A DNA stretch of 64,000 nt from Ascidiella aspersa (taxonomy: Eukaryota). Where the stretch lies: assembly GCA_963924565.1 (NCBI GenBank), contig OZ004607.1, positions 29,760,001-29,824,000 on the forward strand. The letters are read 5' to 3'. The notes beneath the pieces were generated by a model that saw only the letters and a list, made by a program, of their open reading frames with translations, did not search any database and was not told where the DNA came from. Each line of letters begins with the position of its first letter. Within the stretch, counting starts at the first letter, position 1. Positions 13,248 through 25,838 of the stretch are shown here, piece by piece. A program made the translations under genes and the position numbers.

Positions 13248-14988
13248 TCAGTTGGAGCTGGACACGAGTGACCATGTAGTACCATTGCCTGCCGCATCCT
13301 GTTTGTACATACAACCTCATTTAAAAGCGATCAACAGCCAGTATTCAACTGAAACATCATTATACATAATGTGATCAAAGATTATACACATTGTGTATAT
13401 GAATGTTCCAGTAATATTAAAAAAGAACACCTTCTGTGGAACTTTTATTCGATTTTAAAATACATGTACTATTTTTTTATTGTATTTTTACCCATACATA
13501 TAAAATCAACTAATCTAAGGTACAAATATTTTCATTGAGCATTTTTTAAACTTTTTCATTCATCTTATTTTTATACATAAAACAATTTTCTTGCTAAATA
13601 TTGTGTTTTTTTGTTTTTTTAGTTCAGATATTGCTCATAATCGGATAAGTTTGTTGATTTTAACAGTTTATCATTAAATTTTGCATGACAAAGAGTTGAC
13701 TTGCTCTAATTATGTGTTAGTTATTGTTTGTTCCGAAAGACTTGACTTGAGCGTAAGTAATTTAACGATTGACTTGCCTAAAACATAAGTCATTTCAAAA
13801 TGATTTGTTTACAACACTGGATGAAGATACTCCATTCTATTTTGCTATATGTAAATAATTTATTACCTTACTTTTTGCATCGCAGCATTGAGAAAGTAAA
13901 ATACTAGTTTTACAGGAACTGTTTTGCATTGGACCAATAGTAATATATTTTCCAAAATACAATTTTATTTTCAAATTGATCAATAGTATTTTATGTTTTA
14001 AGTAATTGAAGCAAAGCAATAATTAAGTTTAAATATCAAAGGATGGAATACTAAAAACACACTAAGTACAATCATCATATTTTGTTTAAAGTTATGCTTT
14101 CTTATCAACATCATTTGACATGAAACTAGTGGGATTTTGTGTTTATGCAAAAAACGCAACATTAATGATTTACCAACTGACTACCTCATAAACAAAGTTC
14201 GTTTAGCCTGTAATTGCTGTATGACAACCTTATCTGCCACGTTTAACGTTTACATAATGGACAAAACAAGAACAGTTGTGATATGCTAGGAAAATATGAC
14301 GTCAGTAAGCGCTAATCCTGATAAAGTAAACACTTAAGTGAGTTGTATTTTAACTGATCGACCAGAATTTCCATTCAACCCCATATCTTACTTTCATTAA
14401 CAAGCAAACTAGGCTATGAATTGTATAATAAACTGCAACTGTTGTCAGTTTGACTGACCCAAAATCCCCCGTTTAGATATCGTGATAAAACATCATGATC
14501 AGTTACCAAAATTACAAAATACGCCTTTGTTGGTTTAACCCCAATTTATGTCAAACTGGGCACTTGACTATATAGCTCAAAAATAAAAAAAGCTAAATTG
14601 TGTGCCAACTTTATATTATTGCTAATGATCACTTTTGAATAAAAAAAGTATTTTTCACTATGGCTGCTTTACTCAGCTTGGCGAACACCCAACAGTGCGA
14701 CACTGCATGTTTAACCAGTGGCACAGATAAAAAAATCAGGGCCTATACCCGCTCGTAAAAACCATAAAAGCTGGCCATGCTGAATAAGATTTCTTGGTAA
14801 TCTAAGTGCTGTGTAGCATTGTTAGAATTGTTTAAGAGACAACAACTTTTTAATAATTGATAACCGTCGCTACAAAACAGAAACGATCCCTGTTCTTTGA
14901 CATTATCTACGTTTTCGAACGACGATCGGCTGGGAACACAAACAAGGCCTACAAAGCAACATTAACTAAATCAGAATAACCTATATAA

Positions 14989-17900
14989 CAGTGTTGTAGC
15001 GACTTAACTTGACTTAAGCCATTTGGGCAAAATGACTTGACTTGACTCAGAGGCGTAGCGAGGGTATTTTGCGCCCGGGGACAAACTATAACTTTGGCGC
15101 CCCCTCCTCTATGTTTCATCATATTTTCTATTAAATTAACATAATATACCCTACTTCATACGGAAAACAATTCAAATTTTAGTAGAACAATGTAAGTATT
15201 TAAAGAAAAAGCGTTATACAAACTACAGCATATGACTCACTCAGTCACTGTCAAACATGAAATTTTACATAGTCTACAATAGATAGATTTATTGTTCTTG
15301 ATTTCACTGTCGCAAACTGGTCAATCACGTCATCGAAATCTGTTGTTTCCAATATTTCTCTTTCAACGCTAAGAATAGCAAGATCACTGAGAAAATCCTG
15401 TCCCATTAATGCACGCAGATACGACGAAATAAGTTTTAATTTGCTGAACGACCGCTCATAACTTGCAATTGAAACTGCTCTTGTTAACAGAATTTGTTGT
15501 GAAATCCGCAGATTGGGAAATCCGTCATCCCCATAAAACACCATAAAACCAATAAACTCTAAAGGACTCCAAAAGGAGTTTCTGGTAGAATTTCAGTTCG
15601 ATTAGTAATAAGCATTCGGCAATCACCAATTTCAAAGAAAAGTTCGTTGCCATTGATGTCCGTGTCGTAGAAATTTGCAAAATCTGCACAATTTCGACGC
15701 ATACTGCATCCTCGTCAGTGTCAAATAGAAGAGTCTTAACGTCAAGCAAAAATCCAAATTTATTGTTTAGGTCTTTTAGTCGTGAAACACGTTTTAACAT
15801 CGCATGTTGAAGCTGATCAAATAGATTCTTTAAAACGCGCACAATTTCTTCTTCTGATAAAAGTCCTACATTTTTTGCTTTTTCTCCAGGCATTCTCTTA
15901 CGTCGTCTGTTTCTTCTGTTGAGATAAATACACCAGATCAAGCATTTTGTTTGGGTCTGTTTTACAGCAGCTCGGCTCAAACCATCACGAAACGAGTCTT
16001 GGCTTTTGGCGCAGATGTGTCTATTGCAGTTTTACGTATTTTTATTAATCTTGTCGACTATTTTCCATCTAGGTTTGTTTTTTGTCAGCGAAGTGCATCG
16101 AAGTAACAAACGAAAAGATATAATACTTTGTGTTTTTCTATGGTGGAGAATTGAAAGTGTTTGTGCCTATAAGGGTGCCAAGCAATTCTTTAGGGGGGCG
16201 CGAGCTCTAATTTAATGTTTAACTTTATGTAGTGATTTTAATGGTTTAGTTTGGTGTTCATTCTGTTTTTTATGATATACTGTACAATAAAATTACACAT
16301 GTAGATGACTGAAGACATTGTTCGTGGATTTGCGATTTGCGAGGTTCGCTACGAACTAATTTTTAATAGTTTTTCAGTTGCTGGACTATGATTGCTACAT
16401 TTTACGACCAATTACGACTATGTTTATTCGGAACAATGGTATAGTTGCAAGTTGTGCAATTGAGTTGGGCACCACTAATACGCCTGTACAAACTCTGTTT
16501 TTGCCCAACTTTACGATTAAAACTTAAAAAAGGTCTCTTTTATTTACTTTTTCTTGTTTTGTTGACAATTGTTTTTAGCACAAAGTCTCTGTGAGTAACT
16601 TTGCATGTTTTGTGAAGATATAACGTGCATAGAAGATATAACGGTCCTATGCAAGTTATAGTTTGGCTAACTTATAGATAAACGATAAATGTTATGCCCC
16701 TTTCCAACTATTTTATGTATGATAACAGGCTAAAAACATGCACGGAGACACGAACCTGTTTTTAGCTAATTGTCAGTGTCAGTTTATTTGGTTGAAACTG
16801 AATATTTTTCGCTACGCGCGACCAACGATACACTTTACTATTTTTTATGTTGTCTAACTAATATGTAATTCAAACATACCCAATTGGTTGATGTTGTTGT
16901 AAGGGGGCGCAAAGCGCAGACAATTACCAAGGGGGCGCGGTTTAATAAAGGTTCAAAAACACTGAGTTAGACGAAACCAGCTGCACGCAGAATCAGTATC
17001 TTGGCTGCTGCTGTGAATGGCTGGCAACAGCATCAGTAAGGGTGGCGTATCAGATGACATCTGCCACAGCCGCTGGAGCGATCTTGCTTATGATCGTTTT
17101 TTGCTTGTTGTGAAAATTGTGTAAGCCTCATTTTGGCGCCCCTGTACCTTGGCGCCCGGGGACATATGTACCCCCCCCCCCCCATATGACATATTTTTAA
17201 ACTTTGTAGTGGTGTACGAGCTTATGGCGCCATATAATGAATATTTCAAAAAATGGTAAAATTCGTTTCGCGCACTCGCGCAAAGCGGCGTTTTTCAGAT
17301 TTGCAGAGACGGTTTAAGTGACCGAACGCTGACCTCGACTATATAATAACTAACTTATATCCAAGTACAATTAAAAGCTTTTTTGTTGTTAATGCAAATC
17401 TGTATCAGAACCAGCCTGCCAATACTTCATCCGGCCCGCCGCCTCTTTGACAAATTAGACACGAGTCCATTTTAAATACTTTTTGACTATTTTAAGTGTG
17501 TAAATGCAAAAAAGTTTCGCGCTTCGCACTAATGATCTTTATACATCCAGTGTGTTTACGTTTTGATGCTCTTTTTGAACTAAATCAGCGCTTCTTTACT
17601 GTTGCGCCGTGGAAAGCTGCCAAGTGCGTCGCGGACAAACGAAAAACGTATTCAAACATAATCGACAAATATTTTTTAACCATTTTTTTTTAATGTAACA
17701 AAAACAAGAAATTGAAAAGAAATACCGGTATACCAAAAAATCGCGCTCGCTTCGCTTGCCAGGTATGCCCCAAATGGTTAACAAACACTAAAATAGATTA
17801 CCTATAACATTTATCGCGTTTTCTCACAGTAGTTTTATTACACTTTTTTAATAGTAGAAGGGGGGTGGCGACGTTTTAAATCAAGTATACGCTTTTTAGC

Positions 17901-18709
17901 GAATTTGCGCCAAGACTTTACTGCCTCCTTTAAAGTAATTATAAACACGTTTTTAAAGTGCAAAAAAATCCGAGGCCCACCTGATTCACAATTGTTATAA
18001 AGTTATAATAACACAAAATCTCATTTAACATATGTTGTGCGGCCCGCAGAGATCTTTCTGAGTTTGGTTTTAGCCCGCGACTATAGCCCGCGACTACTAC
18101 ACAAAGGTTGCCGACCCTTGTGTAAGGATTTGAATAACCTATCCAATGTTAGGATTAACTCTGCATAGAGTTTTGCTCATTTCAGCAACCTTATTTGACA
18201 AAAACCAACTACAGTAACTTAAAAATTGAGAGAAGTGTCATGAAAGAACCACAGCTGACCGCAGCAGACAACGCTATATGGTTTTATTGCGACGTGACCT
18301 CGGCGCTTTTTCGGAAGCATGTGCGGTTGCTCTCGCCTTTTCGGGAAAAAGCAAGATATGTAGACAATAGGCATGGTAGCTTCTTTCAGCGATATTCTTC
18401 ATACCGGGTCAAACTAGGAAACCGGCCCACTGTAGAGGCTAACCTTATTACTTTTTCGTGCTTTCAAAAGGTCTGTTTTTCGCGTTATTTTGCAGGAGTT
18501 AGTTTATTCGGCCGGCCGATGTTATTTTTACCTGAATTATGACGTCACGCAGTGGTATACTTTTGTGACGTCATATCTGAAAAAAATTGTGACGTCATAT
18601 CTGAAAAAATTTCATGGCCCTCCCCAAACTGAAATCCTAGATCCGCGCCCGACTTAAGGTACCTATTTTACAAATGACTTGAGTTTGAAATGACTTGTTT
18701 ACAACACTG
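14989..18709. mobile_element. Composite/nested hAT element: GACTT-repeat MITE shell containing several younger insertions
   Basis: Termini cagtgttgta...tacaacactg with perfect 8-bp TSD ctatataa (14981-14988 / 18710-18717). Inside: an element starting cagaggcgtagc (15048) with the transposase remnant, an element ending ...aaacactg (~16964), a copy of the 38806 family (~17420-18120) and an end ...tagatccgcgcccg (~18650). Confidence 0.8.
15251..15980 (-). pseudogene. hAT transposase 3' remnant (hATC dimerisation domain, ZMYM1-like group), frameshifted
   Basis: Two overlapping ORFs in different frames: RRRKRMPGEKA..KFGFLL, and FPNLRI..ILLT.AVSIASYERSFSKLKLI.SYLR..M.Q..LS.LAILSVERE..DFDDVIDQFA, the typical hAT C-terminus. 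The N-terminal part is absent. Confidence 0.88.
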
Positions 18710-18792
18710 CTATATAATACCATAGCTTTAAGACCGACGACATAATAAAGCAAAATACGCCGCAATATCTAAGTCAGAATGTGAACTAAAAT

Positions 18793-19381
18793 CAGGGAGT
18801 CGAACCAGAACCGAACCGGAACTTTATGAACCGGTTTTGGGTCATTTTTTTTCCGAACCGTAACCGAACCTGAACCGGTTTTTATAAGATTTTAAGGAGC
18901 CGAACCGGAACTGAACCGAATAATTTGAAAGTACCTGAACCTTAACCGAACCCGAACCTGTAAACAAATGCGGTTAGCTCCAGCATGACGTCACAACTTT
19001 ACAGAGACAAGTTACGCGATGTTCGAAATTTTAAGAAAAAAATATGAATATTGAATAAAAAAATCGTTCATTTTTTATTTTTTAGATATTTCAATGTTGA
19101 GTTGCTGTTTTTTTAATAAGTCACGGAACTTAGATTAAATGACTTACAATTCAAAGATTATTTTCTAGATTTATCGGCCCACATTTTGAGATTTAACGCA
19201 AATTATATTGTATCTGAACCGGAACTTTATGAACCGGTTTTCAAATAACGATGTTCGAACCGGAGCTGTACCGGAACTTTTAAATTACTCCGAACCAAAA
19301 CCGGAACTGAAACTAATTCCGAAAAAATCCTTGAACCCGAACCGAACCTGAACCGGAAAAGTCAAAAGGTTCGACTCCCTG
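18793..19381. mobile_element. hAT MITE with GAACCG subterminal repeats
   Basis: TIR cagggagtcgaacc / ggttcgactccctg; perfect 8-bp TSD actaaaat on both sides. Confidence 0.9.
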
Positions 19382-19936
19382 ACTAAAATCGTCTAAAGAT
19401 TGTTTGAAACAAACCTCGGCACAAGTTCTAAATTCTGCGAAATAAGCTTTAATTAAAAAAAGATGCCTTTCAAAATTATTGCTAAACAATTTCGTCATAT
19501 CTCATAGTGAGTGGCACAAAAATACTTACATTTAAAGTGGGTCACCAACTGAAAAAGGCTGGGAATCACTGCCCTAGTATGACCGGCGATGTTTTGGCCA
19601 GGACTGCGAGGACGGGTTTGTTTTGCTGGAATCGAGTAAGACTACCCAAGTTTGACGTGCCAATGCGAAGTATCGATTTCGACGGGTTTTCCGAATATTA
19701 GTTAGATTTTCGTCCTATTCCGAACTGTGTTTAATTGCGACATAGATGTTGTTCTAATTTCGGTAAAATGGCTTGAGTCCGATCGTCTATCTTACTTTGC
19801 GAGCCACATGCAGTACCTAAACTTTTTTTTCATTTTTAAACCAGAACTAAAAACTTAATTGAAATCCACGCGAGTTTTTTTATTCTTCAATTAAAAACGC
19901 TGCCCTAACGTCAAAAGTTTTATTTCAATAGAAAGG

Positions 19937-22000
19937 TTAAACGACAAACGCGTCCTCGTCCGGGTCTTTTTTAGCCGATTCGGCCTTGGATTGTTGATAG
20001 GAGGTGTCCCAGGGATCGATCAGTGGTTCGCCTTCCATTACTGAAACGTGGCCCATTTTATTTGCGACCAGGTCGAGGCTGTGCAGTTCGAGAAGCTTGA
20101 GCGGGTCGCTCTCCTCTGGAGCCACGTTGAACTGGTCGTCAAATCGCGGTCCGAGCAGCCAGAGCTTCTCGAGCTGGTACCTGAGGGGTTAAAAGAAATA
20201 CAATTATAATTGGAATACTATTTTCAAAGCTTAATGACTTGACTTAAGTGCACTTAAGTAACTGATTTTAAATGACTTAATATTTTTATAAAACGAGTTA
20301 CCTAATTTGGTCCATTTTATGTTTTTGTGTTTTGTTAGTTTTTAGTTGTGTTATCGCTAAATCGGGCGAGTTCATTAATTTTCATAATTTAACATTTGAT
20401 TTTTATGACAAGGACTTGACTGGAAATTGACTTGGGACTTATTTTTTTTAATGAATTGTTCTCAGCACTACATTTCGCGTACAGACGTTGTTATTACGCG
20501 TCTTTAACATAGATGTAATAGAAGTGCTAACGTATTAATGTCAAACTTTTTGCTAGTCAGTACAACACGAAGATCGTTTTTTCGCCATTTTAAAAACCAC
20601 TTGGGTCTTTTGTGGCACAGTGACTTTGTAATGACATTATTCTAAAAAAATATGTATATAAATATGTAGTTACCAAAAGAGATATTCCTTTTCAAGCAAC
20701 AGTTTTCAAATATTAAATTAAAAGGTCTTCATAGATCTGGGTTCTTTCCATAATGACCATAGGACACTACAAATGTAATTACCAGATCACGTATGTTTTG
20801 ATTACATTTTCAATGTTTGTTTGTTTATTAGAGATCTCAAGGCTTTCCACAAGCTACATGCTTTTAGGTGCAACTTACACAACCAGCTTGAAAGCCTTTC
20901 TTCAAGGTTCACAAACTTTTCACTTAAAATAAAAATAAATTAGGAAAATATTTGTTCTTACTTGTTTCGAATTTCTTCAAGCATAAAGTGTACAACGATG
21001 TTTCCAAAATCAATGCACATCCAGTTGTCACAGTCTCTCTTCCCTTCAATAACCACAAAAGGGTCTGACTCCGCTTTTCGTTGTTTGTAAAGCTGGTTGG
21101 TAGTTTCAGCCATTTGCTAAGTGTAAAAAAAATTAAAGCAAAATAAATACATATAGTCAAATATTTTATGGTATGCAATAGTAAGCAAATTTGAACATGT
21201 TTTCACAGCATAACCAACCATAAGGTGTCTTGGAGATGTGGCAGTTACAACAACAAAGTAATCGGCATACAAAAGTGACTTGGATAAATGTAGGACAAAA
21301 ATATCTTCACCACGAACATCATTTAAATGCTCATGTAACTCATCAATAGTAAACACTCCTAAAAATATTAGTTTACAATACTATTTATTATATAAATAAT
21401 TAGAAACTTGCTATTGATTCAGTGCACATTGAAAATCATGTATATTTTAAATAAACTTTTAGTAGCATCTTTAAATTTTTGCTACAGATGGTTTTAACAT
21501 CAGGCCAGAAACAAATCTAAATTGGTTGGGTTTAAACATTGTTTGTAATAATAAAACATATTTTAACTATAAGTGATTAATATTTAATATATACCCTTTG
21601 ATGTTTGAAATTGTTCAGCATTATGAGTATCCATGTTACTCAAGGTAATTCGTTGCTTAATATTATTTGTGGAGCTCTCTGATACTGCGGTATCATCATT
21701 GAAAAAAGCTGTGTTTGTATGGAACTGTGCAGCATTCGGATTAAAATATTGTAATACAAAATGTTTTTTTCTGTGAGTGGCACATTTTGGCTGGAACATT
21801 TTCCTATTAGATATGGACAAACTTGAGAAATGATGTTGGTTGAACTTGGCAGCACAACAGAATTTTCGGGTTGATAAAGTAAAGTGCTGATCTGCTGCCA
21901 CAGTTAAACATCTGAAAATTAAACCAAATATTAGGCAACTTTTTTTTAAATGACATACAAACATACTATGCTACCTTTTTAGGCCAATTCTGATAGACAT
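19937..22000 (-). CDS. MALSU1: Mitochondrial assembly of ribosomal large subunit 1 (Iojap/RsfS family)
   Basis: Exons 22000-21975, 21911-21595, 21358-21219, 21116-20962, 20180-19937 (882 nt, 293 aa, phases consistent). Motifs [76 protein letters not shown] match MALSU1/RsfS. N-terminus MSIRIGLKRCLTV... is basic/Ser-rich like a mitochondrial presequence. An alternative in-frame start at 21964 (unspliced) is possible. Confidence 0.92.
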
Positions 22001-22530
22001 TGTGTGTTACTTGGATCAAATTGATTAACAGTATCAATCACAAGCAAAAGTAACTCAAATAAGGAATTGACCGACACTCTCAACAATCTTGCTTCGGTTG
22101 CCTTCCAGTCCCTAGAAGAGATATAAACTAGGTTACTGTTAGGACTATAAGAAAGTTTTATTAATTCACAATATATATTAATTATGATGATAGATAAGAT
22201 ATCCGGCAAAAAAAAACATATTATATGCTATAAGTTTGGTTGTGAGTTAGAGCTGTCTTGCCAATAAATTGCTGCAACTTTGTTCTTAAAAATTGATTGG
22301 ATGCAGAGTTAAACGCCAACTGTAAATGTGAGTGGAATAATACTAAAAAAACTATTGAAAAATATGACGTACACGAGCAAACGATTTCCGTCAAGTTTAA
22401 AAGTTCTTTCAATTTCTCCTTTTCGCGGTTCCTTGTCCACTTCAAGGGAACTTTTAGCTATGCTCGCGTGTCTTGGACAAGAAAACGGTATCGACACAGA
22501 AAACTGCCACTTTTTTTCAACGCTTTCCAT
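21979..22530 (-). CDS. LAGE3: EKC/KEOPS complex subunit LAGE3/Pcc1
   Basis: Exons 22530-22373 and 22111-21979 (phase-2 intron gtacgt...ttctag), 96 aa: MESVEKKWQFSVSIPFSCPRHASIAKSSLEVDKEPRKGEIERTFKLDGNRLLVDWKATEARLLRVSVNSLFELLLLVIDTVNQFDPSNTQCLSELA. Matches the Pcc1 pattern (PF..A.IA..SL..D.EP...R.....G..L.V.W.A...RLLR.S...F...L.LV..T...F.P). Confidence 0.9.
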
Positions 22531-23116
22531 GCAATTTCATAAGGTTGACAACAGCAAAGAACGGTTTATATTAAACTTTTGCTATTGTTATTTACCTTGC
22601 AATCCAAGCTTAGATTTTGTTTGTCCATGCGTAATGTTGATTAATCATAGTTGCTAACAGGCCCAATACAATTTTACTTAATCTACTACCCATTTATGGA
22701 CTCTATTATTTTTTGTAACGCATTTATTATTTTTAAATAATTAATTTTTCTAAATTTGTTCAGTAACGCTTGAATTTATTGTTTTATTTATTTGTTCGGC
22801 AAATTTTTATGATTTTTCAGAGGGGTTAATCGCATGAGTAAGCAACGTTTTAAGGTTGACTGCACATGTTTAATGATAGTAATTTGTTCTTGACTCCAAT
22901 TGATACAATGTAAAATGACAATAGTTGAACAATAACATGAATTTCATTAACTCCTTTGAGATAATACGTTACATTGATATGTGCGAAAGTTTAACCCAAC
23001 TTCAGTCTGCACATTTGGAAATCTAACGTCTATATCGCACTGGTCACATTGCTCAATAAAATAATAGGTGCCAAGTGCCAACTGGCTTGCTATGATAGTT
23101 TTATATAAGTGTGGAT
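22531..23116. promoter_or_regulatory. Putative bidirectional promoter between LAGE3/MALSU1 (-) and NFYB/PRDM10 (+)
   Basis: Start codons diverge only ~800 nt apart (22530 vs 23335); CpG is locally retained relative to the flanking gene bodies; possible short non-coding NFYB exon at ~22821-22836 (tttcag|...|gtaag). Confidence 0.6.
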
Positions 23117-23290
23117 GCTAGTCTAGAATCCTACCAGAACCCACATTATTCGAGTTAGGGTGTGAATTAGCGTTTGACTCCGCAGCCTGGTTTGACCCAC
23201 CCATACCCAAGCACTAACCAGCACCCTGACCCGAATAATGTGCATTGATTTAATAATTGTTTAAATTCTGTGGTAAGATTCTAGACCAGC
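23117..23290. repeat. Two-stem inverted repeat just upstream of the first NFYB coding exon
   Basis: Outer arms 23117-23139/23266-23290 and inner arms 23142-23162/23222-23242 pair with only transition-type mismatches and one 2-nt bulge. Confidence 0.75.
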
Positions 23291-23334
23291 GCCGAAGTGT
23301 GTACTTGTTAAAAGGAGCAACCTAATTAAATGCA

Positions 23335-25223
23335 ATGGAGGAATCAGCGTTTCCAACTAACTTCTTAGTTAACGATGAGAAAGAAGAAGAGGAATCATCA
23401 GAACAAAGGTATAAATAATGACTTTTTTAAACAAGAAGGAACATATTTTTTTTGTTGATGTATGCTTTAATTCAAATACTGATTAGCATAACATCAATGC
23501 ACATGAAAGCAAATTGCTCTGTTATAAGGTGTGAGATTTATTAAGTCAATTATTTGGATTATCTTTATGTGATTTATCAAAATACTATTGTTTTTTATCA
23601 GAATATACCCTGAACAAAATAAAGGGCCTTTTAGAGAGCAAGACATATATCTTCCAATTGCAAATGTCGCAAGAATAATGAAAAGTGCTGTTCCACAAAA
23701 TGGAAAGGTGTGTGGTCTCCATTGAACATGATATATAATAATTTATCACGTTTTATGCACAATTCTTTATATTCTATTAATGGTTAGAAAAAAATAGTTG
23801 TTTTGTGTTAAAATATTTCCTTATGCAAATATTGTACAAGCTCTCTTGATGCATCCTGTTTTTTATCAATATTATTATTTTCCAACCTTTGGGTTTCAGA
23901 TTGCCAAAGATGCCAAAGAATGTGTCCAAGAATGTGTGTCAGAGTTTATAAGTTTTATCACCTCAGAGGCTTCTGAGCGTTGTGCACAAGAAAAACGAAA
24001 GACCATTAATGGCGAAGACGTGTTGTTTGCTATGGCAACACTCGGTTTTGATCCCTACATTGAACCATTGAAGATTTATTTGCAAAAGTACAGAGATGTG
24101 AGTACTTACATTTGTGGAATGTGTTTAAATGTTAGGCGACAGTTTTTCCAGTAATTTTTTTGCACAGTTATTTACAGTAACCTTGAGGCTACATTGTGAG
24201 AGTTAAGTGTGATTTACTATTTCCATTTTGTAATTATTCTGCAAGCTTGTAGCACATTGAAAAGCCAACTCCATATGCTTTCACACGATCTGTTAATTTT
24301 TATGGGTGATAAAAGCATAAATACAGAAGAACAAGAAACTATGACTGACATAAAGTGTTTATTATCTATGGAAAAAAATTGATGAATAAGTCGAATGAAC
24401 CCAGCATTTATACAATCTCCAGAACTTACTTGTTTGCAGTTTTCTTATCATGGAATGGTACAGAACAAAAGATCAGTTGACAGTGCAGCTATAGATATTG
24501 TAAAAGCCACTCAGGTATTCAAGTATTTAAATATTAACACAGTGATGAGTGAACCAGTTTATACATTAAATTAGTCCTAGTTGTGTTAGCCTATGCCAGC
24601 CTATGCCAGCCTAGTCATTTAATTGTTTCTTGTACTTAACTTAGCTAACTATTCTGTGTACATTGTTAAGTAGTAGCAGCTAAAATAAGAAGACTACATT
24701 TGTTATATATTCTTATTTCTTGTCACAATTTAAAACTGGTTTGTCACAATATGTTAAAAAATTATGTTGTTGTAAAATATTTAAACTTTTTTTCTTAAGT
24801 ATAACAAATATATATCAAATATAATTTCAAATTTCCAAAATAAATTTAATAGCTAATCATATTCACCTATCTCTTATTATCTTTGTTACTTTTCTGGGCA
24901 TAATGATTAAAACAGCTTTGTACTCAAAATCTGTTGTATTATATATCAGACACTGAAAGCAGAAAAAGGCACTGAGCTGTATCAGGATCCACAACAAGGG
25001 TTAAGTGATGCAGATCTGGTGGACCATTTCTCCCAAAACAATTTTGCAGATATGCTTGTTACAACTGAACCCGCAAATTTGGTCACTGAGTTTTCAGCTC
25101 AGGTATTTTGCCTTTTTATAATGTCAGTTATTTTGTGGCGTTTTGTTTTATTTCAAGAGTATTTAAATATGCCTTCTTTTCTTGCAGGCCTCAGGTCTTG
25201 ATTCTCAAATACACTTTTCTTGA
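23335..25223 (+). CDS. NFYB: Nuclear transcription factor Y subunit beta (histone-fold CCAAT-binding factor)
   Basis: Exons 23335-23408, 23602-23707, 23900-24097, 24950-25102, 25188-25223. Near-invariant core [91 protein letters not shown]; C-terminus QIHFS*. Confidence 0.97.
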
Positions 25224-25838
25224 ATTAGCAGTGTCAAGACTGATTTACAATGGCACCATCCACATTGGATGTTAAAAACATTAAGGCTCTTGCTGTTCCA
25301 TAGTGTTTTTGTTTGTTCTATGTGGACCTTGTTTGTTTTGTAATGCTCTCAATTTTACCTTTTTTATTTCATGTTTTTCCATACATCTAAATTATACTGT
25401 ATAATTAAATGTTTGCCAAATTGAATTGTGTAAGAACCATTTTATGTGCATTATAGTTTGGTGAATTTTAAAATTGGAGTAGTGCATTACATTTTAGTAA
25501 ATGAATATTCCAATGAGCTATTTGCTATTGTAGCATGTTTAAATTTTCGTTTTAAGCACATATTAAATGTTTTACTAAATAATTTCATTTAGAAAATGTA
25601 TTATTGTGTTACGACTGCCTTTTCCTGTTGAATTGCAAGTACTAAATTTACTTTATCGATTTCCTAACTTTCTGTTTTCATTTTTTTTTTAATTTTTAGA
25701 AATTTTCTAGCAACTTATGTAATATGTGATCCCTGTGCTCTATGCTTAGCTGTATAACAGTCAAGCCTTCGGTTTGTTTCATGGAGAAGATTTGCGGAAT
25801 TCTTTCCCTCTTGAGTTGTGTCACCAACTACTTTAAGC

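Noticed and set aside
18793-19381. GAACCG-type repeats that look superficially like a CRISPR or satellite array
   Set aside because: Irregular short subterminal repeats inside a TIR/TSD-bounded MITE; eukaryotic context, no cas genes, no constant repeat-spacer period.
21807-21911. ATG at the very start of MALSU1 exon 2 as the MALSU1 initiator
   Set aside because: It is out of frame with the conserved RsfS domain and terminates after ~34 codons.
22660-22900. CCAAT boxes suggesting NF-Y autoregulation of NFYB
   Set aside because: Only isolated pentamers with poor flanks; expected by chance in AT-rich DNA.
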